A program made the position numbers and the translations under genes. Below the pieces are notes generated by a model. The model saw nothing but the letters and a program-made list of their open reading frames with translations. It ran no database searches and was not told where the DNA came from. This document shows positions 41,599-50,257 of a stretch of DNA of 64,000 nt, piece after piece. Origin of the DNA: a virus; the IMG/VR virus record IMGVR_UViG_3300009514_000005, positions 1-64,000 of that record; one strand, given 5' to 3'. Position 1 is the first letter of the stretch. Each line of letters begins with the position of its first letter.

Positions 41599-42657
41599 CT
41601 AAACAACCTCCTTCAACTCAATCCATAGTAAATTATTCATGGCGGAATTTAAATCCGATTCACTGTAATCACCAGGATCTTTTCCTTTTAAAGAATCAAT
41701 CACGTCAAAATAGAAATCTTCTTTTTCCCACTTGCCAGGCTTGCTTCCATCTCTCTTCTCAAATAATGTATTTTTTTTAACCCCGGCTATCCCACACTTC
41801 AAGCCTTTGATTAAAAGAAGTTTTCCAAATTCTTCAGCAAATTGCAATCCCTGACCATCATCATCTGCGTCAGGAAAAAATACAACCTCTTTAAACCATT
41901 TCCTAATTTTCATAATTTGCTCATCACCCAGGCTAGTGCCCATTGACCCAAGAGTATTAATGACGCCAAGTTTTTCCAGGTTGAACACATCAAAAAATCC
42001 TTCAACGATATGGACTCGTTTCATATCTCTATCGACAAACTTCTCTCCAAATAAATATTTCTCTTTTTTAAATCCTCTCTCATGCAAATACTTTGGCTTT
42101 TGCTCTCCAGTCACGTCTCGGCCAGATGCGCCAACAAGGGTCCCGGTGAAATCCCTAACTGGTATCATCATTCTTTTTTTGTACTGACTGTATCCTATCT
42201 CCCAACGATTTATTTGCTCCTTTGTCATTCCTTTTTCTATAGCAATATTAGGAACAAGCTTTAACCAAATCTTGAGATCGTCTTCAGAAACAACTTTTCT
42301 TTTCTTGCCCTTCCAGTTAACTAAATTTTTCGTATATGTTCCATGTCCTTCATAGGTAGACAATTTTGTCCATCCACTCTTTGGTCTATCTATCGATGCT
42401 GCAAATTCATAAGGAGCTGCATTCCCGGAATGATCTCTATACAGTCTGGCGAGCTTCATTGCTGAGCCTTGGTTTTGACATGACCAACATTTAAATACCG
42501 CTGGATCTCCGGCCTTGGCTGTCATACTTGGATTTTTATCTACGCCAGACGGATGAGTCCATTGAGCCAAAGGACATTTTACATAGTACTGGCCCCTGGA
42601 TCCCTTGGCCCTTGTGTTCATCATTTGAAATAAAGTTTCCAACTGTGATTCAGTCAT
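41599..42657 (-). CDS. dnaG: DnaG-type DNA primase
   Basis: Zn finger CPLA..H...FKCWSC; TOPRIM IVEGFFD and FFPDADDDG. Confidence 0.9.
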   Translation of the reverse strand: MTESQLETLFQMMNTRAKGSRGQYYVKCPLAQWTHPSGVDKNPSMTAKAGDPAVFKCWSCQNQGSAMKLARLYRDHSGNAAPYEFAASIDRPKSGWTKLSTYEGHGTYTKNLVNWKGKKRKVVSEDDLKIWLKLVPNIAIEKGMTKEQINRWEIGYSQYKKRMMIPVRDFTGTLVGASGRDVTGEQKPKYLHERGFKKEKYLFGEKFVDRDMKRVHIVEGFFDVFNLEKLGVINTLGSMGTSLGDEQIMKIRKWFKEVVFFPDADDDGQGLQFAEEFGKLLLIKGLKCGIAGVKKNTLFEKRDGSKPGKWEKEDFYFDVIDSLKGKDPGDYSESDLNSAMNNLLWIELKEVV

Positions 42658-42659
42658 GC

Positions 42660-43934
42660 TTAAAAATTATCATCATCGTAAAAATTCATATTTCCCCTGG
42701 ATTCTCCATTACCAGGTTTTTCAAAATCTCCTATTTCACTAAAATCCATATTTACCATATCCCAATTAATCTCGAGAGGATCCCCGGATGTTTCCCCCTC
42801 TCTTACCTTCAGTGGATGAATATGCATTCTTCCATCTTGCTTTTGTTCTTTGTTTTGAGAAAGGGCAAAAATATTTGTAGCATTCCAGCCAATAACATCT
42901 GACAAGGCCAAATGCTCAGTTCCCACCTTGCCCTTGGTTTTAGTTGCTTCTCGATTAAGCTGAGTAGTTCCAATGAGAGGCATTTTATGTCTTTGAGCGT
43001 AAGTTTTAAAATCCTCCACTACTTCAGCCATGTTATCAAATCTGTTTTTTCCCCCAGCCTTAACTCGATAACACGAATCAATAATCACAATATCGGCATT
43101 CGATCGATCCATTGCGATATCAATATCAACAGAAGTAAGTCCTTTTTGATGCTCTAAAATATCTATGCCTTTATGATTTCTTAATTCGGTTAATTGTTCA
43201 AAAAATTTCTCTCTATTAAAAGTTCCAAGCTTTCCTTTTCGAATGGCTGCATATTGAATTTGGGTTTTAATTGCATAAAGTCTTTGAGCGATATCTTCCT
43301 TGGTCATCTCAGCAGAAATAAACAACACCTTTCTTCCTGCTACATGGGCTTTTAACGCCACCATGATAGCCCAAAAACTTTTTCCAACGCCAGATCTTGC
43401 AACACAAAAACTAATATCTCCAGGAAACCATCCCATGGTCCACTCATCCATTGATGGCCAAGGAGTTGGAATTCCCCGAATCCCAGATTCAGCATCTAAA
43501 TATTTTTGCTTAATAGAGTCAGTTAAAGCGAATACATCAATCAATTCAAAATCAGTCATACCTTCTTGATCTTGAATCTTTAAAAATTTTCGAAGTAGCT
43601 CAAGGGCATCTCTTGGCTTATCCTCTATGGTCAGCAGAGAAACTTCGGTTCCTAGATCCGACAAATCTCGACTAAGACTTCTATCTAAAATCTTCTCGGA
43701 CCAATGCTCAATAGGGGTTGATTCGTTTGGAATATCAAGATTAAATTCTGCCTTTACGGCAACGCTAGAAGGAACTTTTCCATGCTTTTGATAAAATACT
43801 TGAATAAATTTCCAAATATCTTTAGATATTCCATCAATGTGTTTTTCTTTGATTCCTTTTTTAAGAGCGGTGGCATAGCCATCATCCATGATTATTTTGC
43901 CAATCAATCCCAAATCAATATCTTTATCTTCCAT
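42660..43934 (-). CDS. dnaB: DnaB-like replicative helicase
   Basis: ARSGVGKS Walker A, SAEM, IVIIDS, TTQLNR, KVREG. Confidence 0.9.
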   Translation of the reverse strand: MEDKDIDLGLIGKIIMDDGYATALKKGIKEKHIDGISKDIWKFIQVFYQKHGKVPSSVAVKAEFNLDIPNESTPIEHWSEKILDRSLSRDLSDLGTEVSLLTIEDKPRDALELLRKFLKIQDQEGMTDFELIDVFALTDSIKQKYLDAESGIRGIPTPWPSMDEWTMGWFPGDISFCVARSGVGKSFWAIMVALKAHVAGRKVLFISAEMTKEDIAQRLYAIKTQIQYAAIRKGKLGTFNREKFFEQLTELRNHKGIDILEHQKGLTSVDIDIAMDRSNADIVIIDSCYRVKAGGKNRFDNMAEVVEDFKTYAQRHKMPLIGTTQLNREATKTKGKVGTEHLALSDVIGWNATNIFALSQNKEQKQDGRMHIHPLKVREGETSGDPLEINWDMVNMDFSEIGDFEKPGNGESRGNMNFYDDDNF

Positions 43935-43942
43935 TCAACACC

Positions 43943-44569
43943 TCAATCAAACTTTATACAGATTCCTTTGCGAACAATATAAGACATCATGTTAGACATA
44001 ACTTTTTCTAATTCATCCATGTCCAAATGAGAGGCAAAAATAGTTGGCTTCAGGTTGTCATATCTTTTTCTAAGAATCTGATCCAAATAATGATTACAGA
44101 ATTTTGTATCAGCCCCAACATCATATAATCCTAAACATCTAACCGAACTCAAATGTTCAATCGCTGACCTATCATCTATCTCTGAAGTTGATTCAACCCA
44201 TGTCCTTAAATTCAAAACTGAAATACAAAAAGATGTATAGCGATGACGCTGGAAAAATTTCAACAAAATAGCCATTGCGGTTTCAGCCATAGCCATATCT
44301 TCTTTGTTCACCAATAAAAGACTCTTCTCCATATAGCCATCGGCATTTTTCCATCTATCAACAAATATTTTTAACTTGGGTAAAATATCCTCAGGAATAT
44401 CAGAACGCTGAACATCCCAAAGTCTCTTAGGAAGGTTCATGTCCCGATAAATCGAAGGACCAAGTTTGATCTTTAAAGTTCCTCCATCGGTAACTTCGTA
44501 GACCTTCGATGTGTATCCAGACTCTTCGAGGATTCTTTTTTGGATTTCCTTATCGACTCCAGGGTCCAT
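43943..44569 (-). CDS. DnaC/IstB-like helicase loader with degenerate Walker A
   Basis: LPKRLW, SLLLV, LGLYDVG, ILRKRYDNLKPTIFASHL; between initiator and dnaB; AAGGAGG before ATG 44569. Confidence 0.65.
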   Translation of the reverse strand: MDPGVDKEIQKRILEESGYTSKVYEVTDGGTLKIKLGPSIYRDMNLPKRLWDVQRSDIPEDILPKLKIFVDRWKNADGYMEKSLLLVNKEDMAMAETAMAILLKFFQRHRYTSFCISVLNLRTWVESTSEIDDRSAIEHLSSVRCLGLYDVGADTKFCNHYLDQILRKRYDNLKPTIFASHLDMDELEKVMSNMMSYIVRKGICIKFD

Positions 44570-45858
44570 CGTCCCTCCTTTATTTTTTTGCATGTCGCGT
44601 ACCTCCACTCTACAGTCATCTCATCAAATCGGGGATCCTCTGAAAGAGCCCTCCCAGACGGAACAAACTCATCCCAATGATCACGAAGAAACTCCCAGTT
44701 CTCGACGATATATGTCATAAGCTCTTTGGCCTGTTCAAGCCCAAGATCACCAATCATGCCTTTGGCATCCTTCGTCTGGCTGGATCTGATCTCATTGTGG
44801 CAGCTATACCCAGATTTCCTCATGACCTCGGAAAACGCCTTGTAAAGCTTCTTTGCCTTGTGGGATATGTTCTGGTCTATCCCAGGGCCCTTTCTCTTCT
44901 TAGGCGAAGAGCTAGCCATCTCCTTGTCCCGCTCCTTCTTTCGTTGGTAAGCTCTTTTGTCGGCTTCCCGTTTTTTCTCTTTCTGAGCTTCATACCAATC
45001 GTCAGGCCCCTTTTTGGGTTTGGCGTATTTCTTCTTGTCGAAAGGCAATAGCTCTTCATTGGCGTTACCATCATCATGGACATGTCCACCTAACCCCATG
45101 ATTACTTTATGACTAGCCTTGCTATCATCATCTTGCGTCATTTTTTCGCGGCCCCCGGCGTTATACCTATCGCATTGTGTCGTCTTCTGACCCGTCACAG
45201 CATCATTGTACACCATGTCGTAATCAATGCCCCTTGTCAGGTTACAGTACATTGTGTCGTAATGATTCCTCTTGTCATTATAGTACAGTACGTCATCATA
45301 GTACGTTGCGTCGTAATGATTCCCCTTGTCACATTCTTTTACGACACTTTGTGTTAACCTGTTTTTACACAGGGGGTCACTTAGTCTTGTTAAATGAGTA
45401 TTATTAACCTTAGTCTTATTAGTGTTCATTTTTTGAACTACCTGGTGTTCATTTATTGAACTAGGGGTAGTGCAATTATTGAACTCCATCATGTACCCCC
45501 CCTGCGTTATCAGTTCATTTTTTGAACCTACTCCATTATTTGGAGAGACATCGTCCCAAAGAGGTTTAGGCGTAGCGTTAAGCATCCATGATTCTGGCCC
45601 TAAGCACTCGTAATTATTAGACTTTCCGCAGTCATTTCGCCTTACATCAACTAAGCCCTTAATGGTTAATTCTTTCAAAACTTTAGCTATAGTTGCCCTG
45701 CTTTTAAGTCCACTTAGCTCCATTAGCTTTTTATAACTAGGAAAAGCCGGATTAAAATGAGCCAAAACACAGTAAACCCGAAAAGCAGATGGAGAAATGT
45801 TCTCTCCAGCCCTAATAAGGTCGTTTGGGATCATGGTAAAATTCTTATTTTTCTTCAA
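44473..45858 (-). CDS. replication initiator protein (N-terminal winged helix, lambda-O-like arrangement)
   Basis: FTMIPN..I....SPSAFRVYCVL....AFPSY..L...SG....TI...LKEL..KG wHTH; upstream of loader, helicase and primase; internal repeats. Confidence 0.75.
   Translation of the reverse strand: MKKNKNFTMIPNDLIRAGENISPSAFRVYCVLAHFNPAFPSYKKLMELSGLKSRATIAKVLKELTIKGLVDVRRNDCGKSNNYECLGPESWMLNATPKPLWDDVSPNNGVGSKNELITQGGYMMEFNNCTTPSSINEHQVVQKMNTNKTKVNNTHLTRLSDPLCKNRLTQSVVKECDKGNHYDATYYDDVLYYNDKRNHYDTMYCNLTRGIDYDMVYNDAVTGQKTTQCDRYNAGGREKMTQDDDSKASHKVIMGLGGHVHDDGNANEELLPFDKKKYAKPKKGPDDWYEAQKEKKREADKRAYQRKKERDKEMASSSPKKRKGPGIDQNISHKAKKLYKAFSEVMRKSGYSCHNEIRSSQTKDAKGMIGDLGLEQAKELMTYIVENWEFLRDHWDEFVPSGRALSEDPRFDEMTVEWRYATCKKIKEGRWTLESIRKSKKESSKSLDTHRRSTKLPMEEL
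45173..45331. repeat. iteron-like imperfect direct repeats inside the initiator gene (candidate origin)
   Basis: TGTCGTAATCAATGCCCCTTGTCA 45216, TGTCGTAATGATTCCTCTTGTCA 45255, CGTCGTAATGATTCCCCTTGTCA 45309, degenerate copy 45178; AT-rich stretch near 45390-45460. Confidence 0.6.
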
Positions 45859-45891
45859 AACAACTCCTTTTGTATGTGGGGAATCGGCAAA

Positions 45892-46254
45892 TCAAGAACC
45901 TGAACTCACAAGACAAAGATGGCCTTTGGCAATCAAAGGGACTTCATGCGATGCACCAATGCTAAACTTCCAAGATTCTTGGCCAAGACAAAAATAAGAA
46001 TTTGGGGATTCGAAAGAATCACCTTGCTCTATTTTAATCAAACCCTTGCTAGCCAGTTCTTTTAGAGTCTTAGAAATAGTCGTGTCACTTTTGACGCCAC
46101 TAAGTATCCTGAAATCCTCATAAGCAATAAAGGCATGTTCAGATCTCAAAATGATTGCATAAAAAAGAAAAGCCCGAGGAGAAAGCTCTGCTTCATCAAG
46201 AACCTCTGCTGGAATCATTAACAAACCATCTTTAACCATATCAGCTCCAATCAA
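45892..46254 (-). CDS. stand-alone winged-helix paralog of the initiator N-terminal domain
   Basis: MIP...SP.AF..Y......AF..Y.....SG.KS..TI.K.LKEL..KGL.....S.N.Y.CLG.ESW shared with the 44473..45858 N-terminus. Confidence 0.8.
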   Translation of the reverse strand: MIGADMVKDGLLMIPAEVLDEAELSPRAFLFYAIILRSEHAFIAYEDFRILSGVKSDTTISKTLKELASKGLIKIEQGDSFESPNSYFCLGQESWKFSIGASHEVPLIAKGHLCLVSSGS

Positions 46255-46260
46255 TTGGAC

Positions 46261-46332
46261 AAAAAAGGGACGCCCTCCCTTGTTATGTGGAAATTATGCT
46301 GATCTCCATAAGACCAAGAAGAAAGGCGTCCC
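46261..46332 (-). terminator. long-hairpin intrinsic terminator / attenuator
   Basis: GGGACGCC/GGCGTCCC basal stem, extended upper stem, T6 tract, immediately upstream of the wHTH gene. Confidence 0.7.
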
Positions 46333-46356
46333 AGGTGACTCCCTAAGGAGGCAACT

Positions 46357-46395
46357 CTAAAATATAAAACTTTTCCAGAAATCGAAGATCAGCAT
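46357..46395 (-). CDS. candidate leaderless leader peptide MLIFDFWKSFIF
   Basis: TTGCCA (46430..46425)-N17 with TG-AACCAT (46407..46402), ATG 6 nt later; first 12 nt complementary to the downstream hairpin. Confidence 0.4.
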   Translation of the reverse strand: MLIFDFWKSFIF

Positions 46396-46488
46396 GGAGG
46401 AATGGTTTCACTAGCTGAATTGGCTGGCAAGTGCTTTGTTAAGACACCCAGTACAAGAAGTACATTACTATTTGTAATTTAACGGATA

Positions 46489-47376
46489 TTAATATTTACT
46501 CATTACGCAATGACCATGAGACATCTTATACTCTTTAAGCTCCTCATCAGTCATATAACCATATTTAGCAACCGCTTCATTAAGTTTTTCTGGCAAAAAT
46601 TTACGACCCCAAACTCCAAGGTTTTTATTTCCCTTATCCTCATTGGCTTTTAATTTGTTTTCTTCTATTCGAACCCAATCTTGATAGTCTTCCGGATGAA
46701 ACCTATAGAGCCAAAGTAATTCAATCTCGTTCATAAATGGACAAAGAATACAATTTGATGGAACCGGAACTTGGTTACCAGTTGAAGAAATATATTCCTG
46801 GCATCCTTTTCTGTCTAAACCAAGATCCACCAGTGGATAAATATGATTAATGGATTTTTTTCTCCACTTCATGGAATCCTTAGATGGATCTGCCATTCTT
46901 TTTTCTTCTCCAGAGGCAATACCAATCATCATTTTAATTTTTCCATACCGCTCTGCAAATCGAAGAAAGGCTTTCTTTCTTCCTTTGTCAACTCCATATT
47001 TCTTATGAAGCCAATCCTCTAAAAATTTATAGATAGGTTGAATCTTAAGTTTATCAGTGCAGGTTTTAGGGAAAGCTTTGGATCCAACAGTATTTTTAAG
47101 ATTATAAAAACCTCTCAACGACTGCCAAGAATCATAATGATATCCCATGTCACTGGTAAGGTGAACAAACTCAATTTTGTTTTTACCGCAAAATTTTTTA
47201 ATATTTTCAACATGACTATAAGTGTCCCGATGTTCATCACCAGTATCAGACATAATTACCAAAAAATCATTTGGAGCATATTTAGATCGGAACCCCTGAT
47301 CGTAAACATATTTGTAAAGGAGAGTAGTTGAATCCTGCCCTCCTCCAAATGATAAAATCGTTAACTGATCACTCAT
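46489..47376 (-). CDS. second PAPS-reductase-family (PP-loop) protein
   Basis: ILSFGGGQDST, CTDKLKIQPI, GIASGEEKR, YPLVD, SNCILCP. Confidence 0.8.
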   Translation of the reverse strand: MSDQLTILSFGGGQDSTTLLYKYVYDQGFRSKYAPNDFLVIMSDTGDEHRDTYSHVENIKKFCGKNKIEFVHLTSDMGYHYDSWQSLRGFYNLKNTVGSKAFPKTCTDKLKIQPIYKFLEDWLHKKYGVDKGRKKAFLRFAERYGKIKMMIGIASGEEKRMADPSKDSMKWRKKSINHIYPLVDLGLDRKGCQEYISSTGNQVPVPSNCILCPFMNEIELLWLYRFHPEDYQDWVRIEENKLKANEDKGNKNLGVWGRKFLPEKLNEAVAKYGYMTDEELKEYKMSHGHCVMSKY

Positions 47377-47393
47377 AACTTTTCCCCATGCCC

Positions 47394-48959
47394 TTATTTT
47401 TTAGGGGAGTTAACATAATGAAGTTCGCTCTTGGCTCTCGTGATAGCCACATAAATCAAATTATCCTCTTGGTTTTTCTGCCAATTCTGAACGGCATATT
47501 TCGAAGGAAGAAGCCAGCGATCCAAGAAGAAAACCCTTATACACTCTAAGCCTTTTGACTTATGAACAGTGGAAAGGTTTACCAAGTTTTGGCTTAGGAC
47601 CGCTCCGTTTCTCACCTCTTCTTTTTGGAAAAGATTCTCAATTGATTTGATTAATTCCGAAACAGAGTTTGCTCCACTCATCTCAATAAAAATTTCTACA
47701 ACCTCAACTCTATCTTCAATTCTGGAAACATCAGCTTTAGGACTTTTTTCAAGAAGTCTTTCGATCTCTCTTTCCTTCCAATTATCAAGTTTCTCAGTGA
47801 GCTTAACAAGATTCTTAGCCTTCATTCTTTCAATGAGAGAAACAATTCCCTTGGCCAAATCTCTACCAAGAATGGTGGCTGGTACTCGATCACCAATTAA
47901 TCTATAGGCCAATCGAATAAGAGGAGCCGTATTCCTACAAACAACCAGATCACCCTTGCGAAACATATCAGTTTGATATTCTCCACGATCCTCAACATGA
48001 CCCTCAGGAGCCCCATCAAAAGCTTCGATATGATCAACCACCTCTTGAGCTTCCTCTACAATTTTTTGTGGACATCGATAAGAAGTCGAAAGAGGAAGTC
48101 TCTTACAGTTAAAAGTTTTAACGATATTTTCCATAGAATCAGAATCAGCTCCTCTAAATCCATAGATAGCCTGACAAGGATCCCCAACAGCAACAAGCCT
48201 TCCATTTCTTTTTAAAGTTTTCGCAATAAGAGATCTTTGAATTTTGGAAACATCCTGGGCTTCATCAACGAAAACAAAATCATTGGTGAACATAGGAATA
48301 TTAAAAATAACTGGAAGGTAAAGCTGATCATCAAAATCAATCATTTCATCACGCTTTTCGATTCCAACCTTGAGAAGAATCCTGGCCATCTCAACCATTT
48401 TTTCACGATCTTTTCCTGGATCAAATTCCTCTTCGGTATCAGATTCAAATTTACTTCCACCTTCATTGGGCTGAATATCATAACGATCAATCAGATCATC
48501 CCAAACTGAATCCTCATCCTTAGTGAGAGCGTTTAAATCCATCCCGCTAGGAACGATTCCGATACCTTTTGCAAGCCCAACAAGCTTAACCGCTGCGGAT
48601 CCCAATCTCTCAATGGTTCTTTCGGTATAGTCTGGGGAGATATAATCATTGAAAAGTTTCCAAGTCTTCTGAGTCTCAAGATTAGGCCGACCATCAACAT
48701 ATCTTGCCCAAGCACCGTGACCAAGACCATTCAAAGTCTTTGCGATAACATGACCCGGAACACGATCACTCAATTCATTGGCGATGCTTTTATTAAAAGC
48801 CAAAAAGATCACCCTTTTATTTTGAGGAATTAATTCCAAAGCCTTAATAATAGTTGTTGTCTTTCCGGATCCTGCAACTGCCTCCACGACAGCAGATCCC
48901 TCACCGTTTTTAATAAACTCAAAAACCGCTTCCTGATACTTGCTTGGTTTAAAACTCAT
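47394..48959 (-). CDS. UvrD/Rep-like SF1 helicase
   Basis: AVAGSGKTTT, FVDEAQD, VGDPCQAIYGFRGAD, SYRCP, STVHKSKGLE, YVAITRAK. Confidence 0.92.
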   Translation of the reverse strand: MSFKPSKYQEAVFEFIKNGEGSAVVEAVAGSGKTTTIIKALELIPQNKRVIFLAFNKSIANELSDRVPGHVIAKTLNGLGHGAWARYVDGRPNLETQKTWKLFNDYISPDYTERTIERLGSAAVKLVGLAKGIGIVPSGMDLNALTKDEDSVWDDLIDRYDIQPNEGGSKFESDTEEEFDPGKDREKMVEMARILLKVGIEKRDEMIDFDDQLYLPVIFNIPMFTNDFVFVDEAQDVSKIQRSLIAKTLKRNGRLVAVGDPCQAIYGFRGADSDSMENIVKTFNCKRLPLSTSYRCPQKIVEEAQEVVDHIEAFDGAPEGHVEDRGEYQTDMFRKGDLVVCRNTAPLIRLAYRLIGDRVPATILGRDLAKGIVSLIERMKAKNLVKLTEKLDNWKEREIERLLEKSPKADVSRIEDRVEVVEIFIEMSGANSVSELIKSIENLFQKEEVRNGAVLSQNLVNLSTVHKSKGLECIRVFFLDRWLLPSKYAVQNWQKNQEDNLIYVAITRAKSELHYVNSPKK

Positions 48960-48996
48960 TAAGCCTCCTTCAAATTAATATCCAAAACCTACCCCC

Positions 48997-49047
48997 ATTA
49001 TCAGGTATATTCATCTAAATGTAAAGATAATTTCTTGACAAAACGTA
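48997..49047. promoter_or_regulatory. conserved promoter cassette, copy 1
   Basis: Minus: TTTACA-N17-GATAAT; plus-strand TTGACA at 49035; 41/51 identical to 57762..57812. Confidence 0.75.
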
Positions 49048-49122
49048 TTTTATTTACCCTAGAAATATCAACCACTTAAGACTTGCCAAGTCAAATAGAA
49101 AGGCTAATGGTATGATTTGGAT

Positions 49123-49314
49123 ATGAAGCTCTTTGTAAAAACCATCTCCTGGCGATTTATAGCTATGTCTACAACCGGCTTGATCTCTTACGTTCTCACG
49201 GGTTCAATTGAGATAGCGACTAGTATCATGAGCGTTGAAGTGGTGATAAAAAGTCTTTTATATTATGCTCACGAAAAGATATGGATTAAATACGGAGGAT
49301 CCCATGAAAAATAG
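49123..49314 (+). CDS. DUF2061-like small membrane protein
   Basis: KTISWRFIA ... K..LYYAHEKIW; extended -10 TGGTATGAT ends 6 nt before the ATG. Confidence 0.8.
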   Translation: MKLFVKTISWRFIAMSTTGLISYVLTGSIEIATSIMSVEVVIKSLLYYAHEKIWIKYGGSHEK

Positions 49315-50227
49315 AGCAATCTGGCTTACCGGCCTCCCGTGTGCGGGGAAAACCACTATAGCTCAAGAACTTGTAAAACTCATCCCAAACTCCACCATTC
49401 TCGATGGAGACATAATTCGATCAGGGCCCCTAGGCCAAGGGGTAGGGTTTTCCAAAGAAGACAGAGAAGCCCATATTAAGCGAATGGGGCATATAGCAAA
49501 AATTCTCTTAGACTCTGGGATAACCCCAATCTGTTCCTTCGTTTCTCCGTCAAGAGAAACCAGGGAAGAGATTAAAGAGTTCATAGGTAAAGATCGGTTC
49601 TTTGAGATTTTCATAGATCCTCCCTTGGAGGTATGCATCAAAAGAGACGTTAAGGGAATGTATGCTAAAGCCATGCGTGGCGAGATCCAAAATTTTACTG
49701 GAATCGATGCAACTTACGAAAAGCCAACTAACCCAAGCCTAAGAATTGATACCGATAAAATCTCCCTAAAAGACACGGTTAATTTTATTGTAGGCAAACT
49801 TAAAATTTATCCAGAAAGAGCTGCCTTTTTTATTGGCCGATGGAACGGTGCCTTACATTTGGGGCATGAGGAAATTTTCAATCAAGAATTAAGCAAAGGC
49901 AAAAGGATTGTTCTTCTCATTAGAAACGTTAGGCCAGACGAAAAAAATCCTTGGACCGCTAAAGAAGTCAAGGAAATGCTGGACTATAGATACAAAGATA
50001 ATGACAGTGTAAGCACTATGATTGTTCCAGATCTTGAGAGTGTTAACTACGGTAGAGGCGTTGGATATGAAGTAAAAGAGATAAAGGTTTCAGGAAAGAT
50101 AGCCGGGATCAGTGGAACAAAATGCAGAGAAATGATTCAAGACAATAACCCTGAATGGAAAAAACTAGTATCTCATAATGTTATTGAATTTTTAGAGCTG
50201 AAATATAGCAAAGAAAATAAAAAATAA
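49304..50227 (+). CDS. cysC: adenylyl-sulfate kinase fused to an HxGH nucleotidyltransferase domain
   Basis: WLTGLPCAGKTT, LDGD.IR, GFSKEDR, SFVSP, RDVKGMY, FTGIDATYE.P; C-terminal IGRWNGALHLGH and ISGTK.R; GGAGG before ATG 49304. Confidence 0.9.
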   Translation: MKNRAIWLTGLPCAGKTTIAQELVKLIPNSTILDGDIIRSGPLGQGVGFSKEDREAHIKRMGHIAKILLDSGITPICSFVSPSRETREEIKEFIGKDRFFEIFIDPPLEVCIKRDVKGMYAKAMRGEIQNFTGIDATYEKPTNPSLRIDTDKISLKDTVNFIVGKLKIYPERAAFFIGRWNGALHLGHEEIFNQELSKGKRIVLLIRNVRPDEKNPWTAKEVKEMLDYRYKDNDSVSTMIVPDLESVNYGRGVGYEVKEIKVSGKIAGISGTKCREMIQDNNPEWKKLVSHNVIEFLELKYSKENKK

Positions 50228-50257
50228 CTTAGCCCGAAATGCGGTTAGAATAGAACC

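Noticed and set aside
44570-44600. -1 frameshift at the A7 run fusing the initiator to the DnaC-like ORF
   Set aside because: The frames are compatible, but the site is not a canonical X XXY YYZ heptamer in the initiator frame, and the loader has its own strong AAGGAGG SD.
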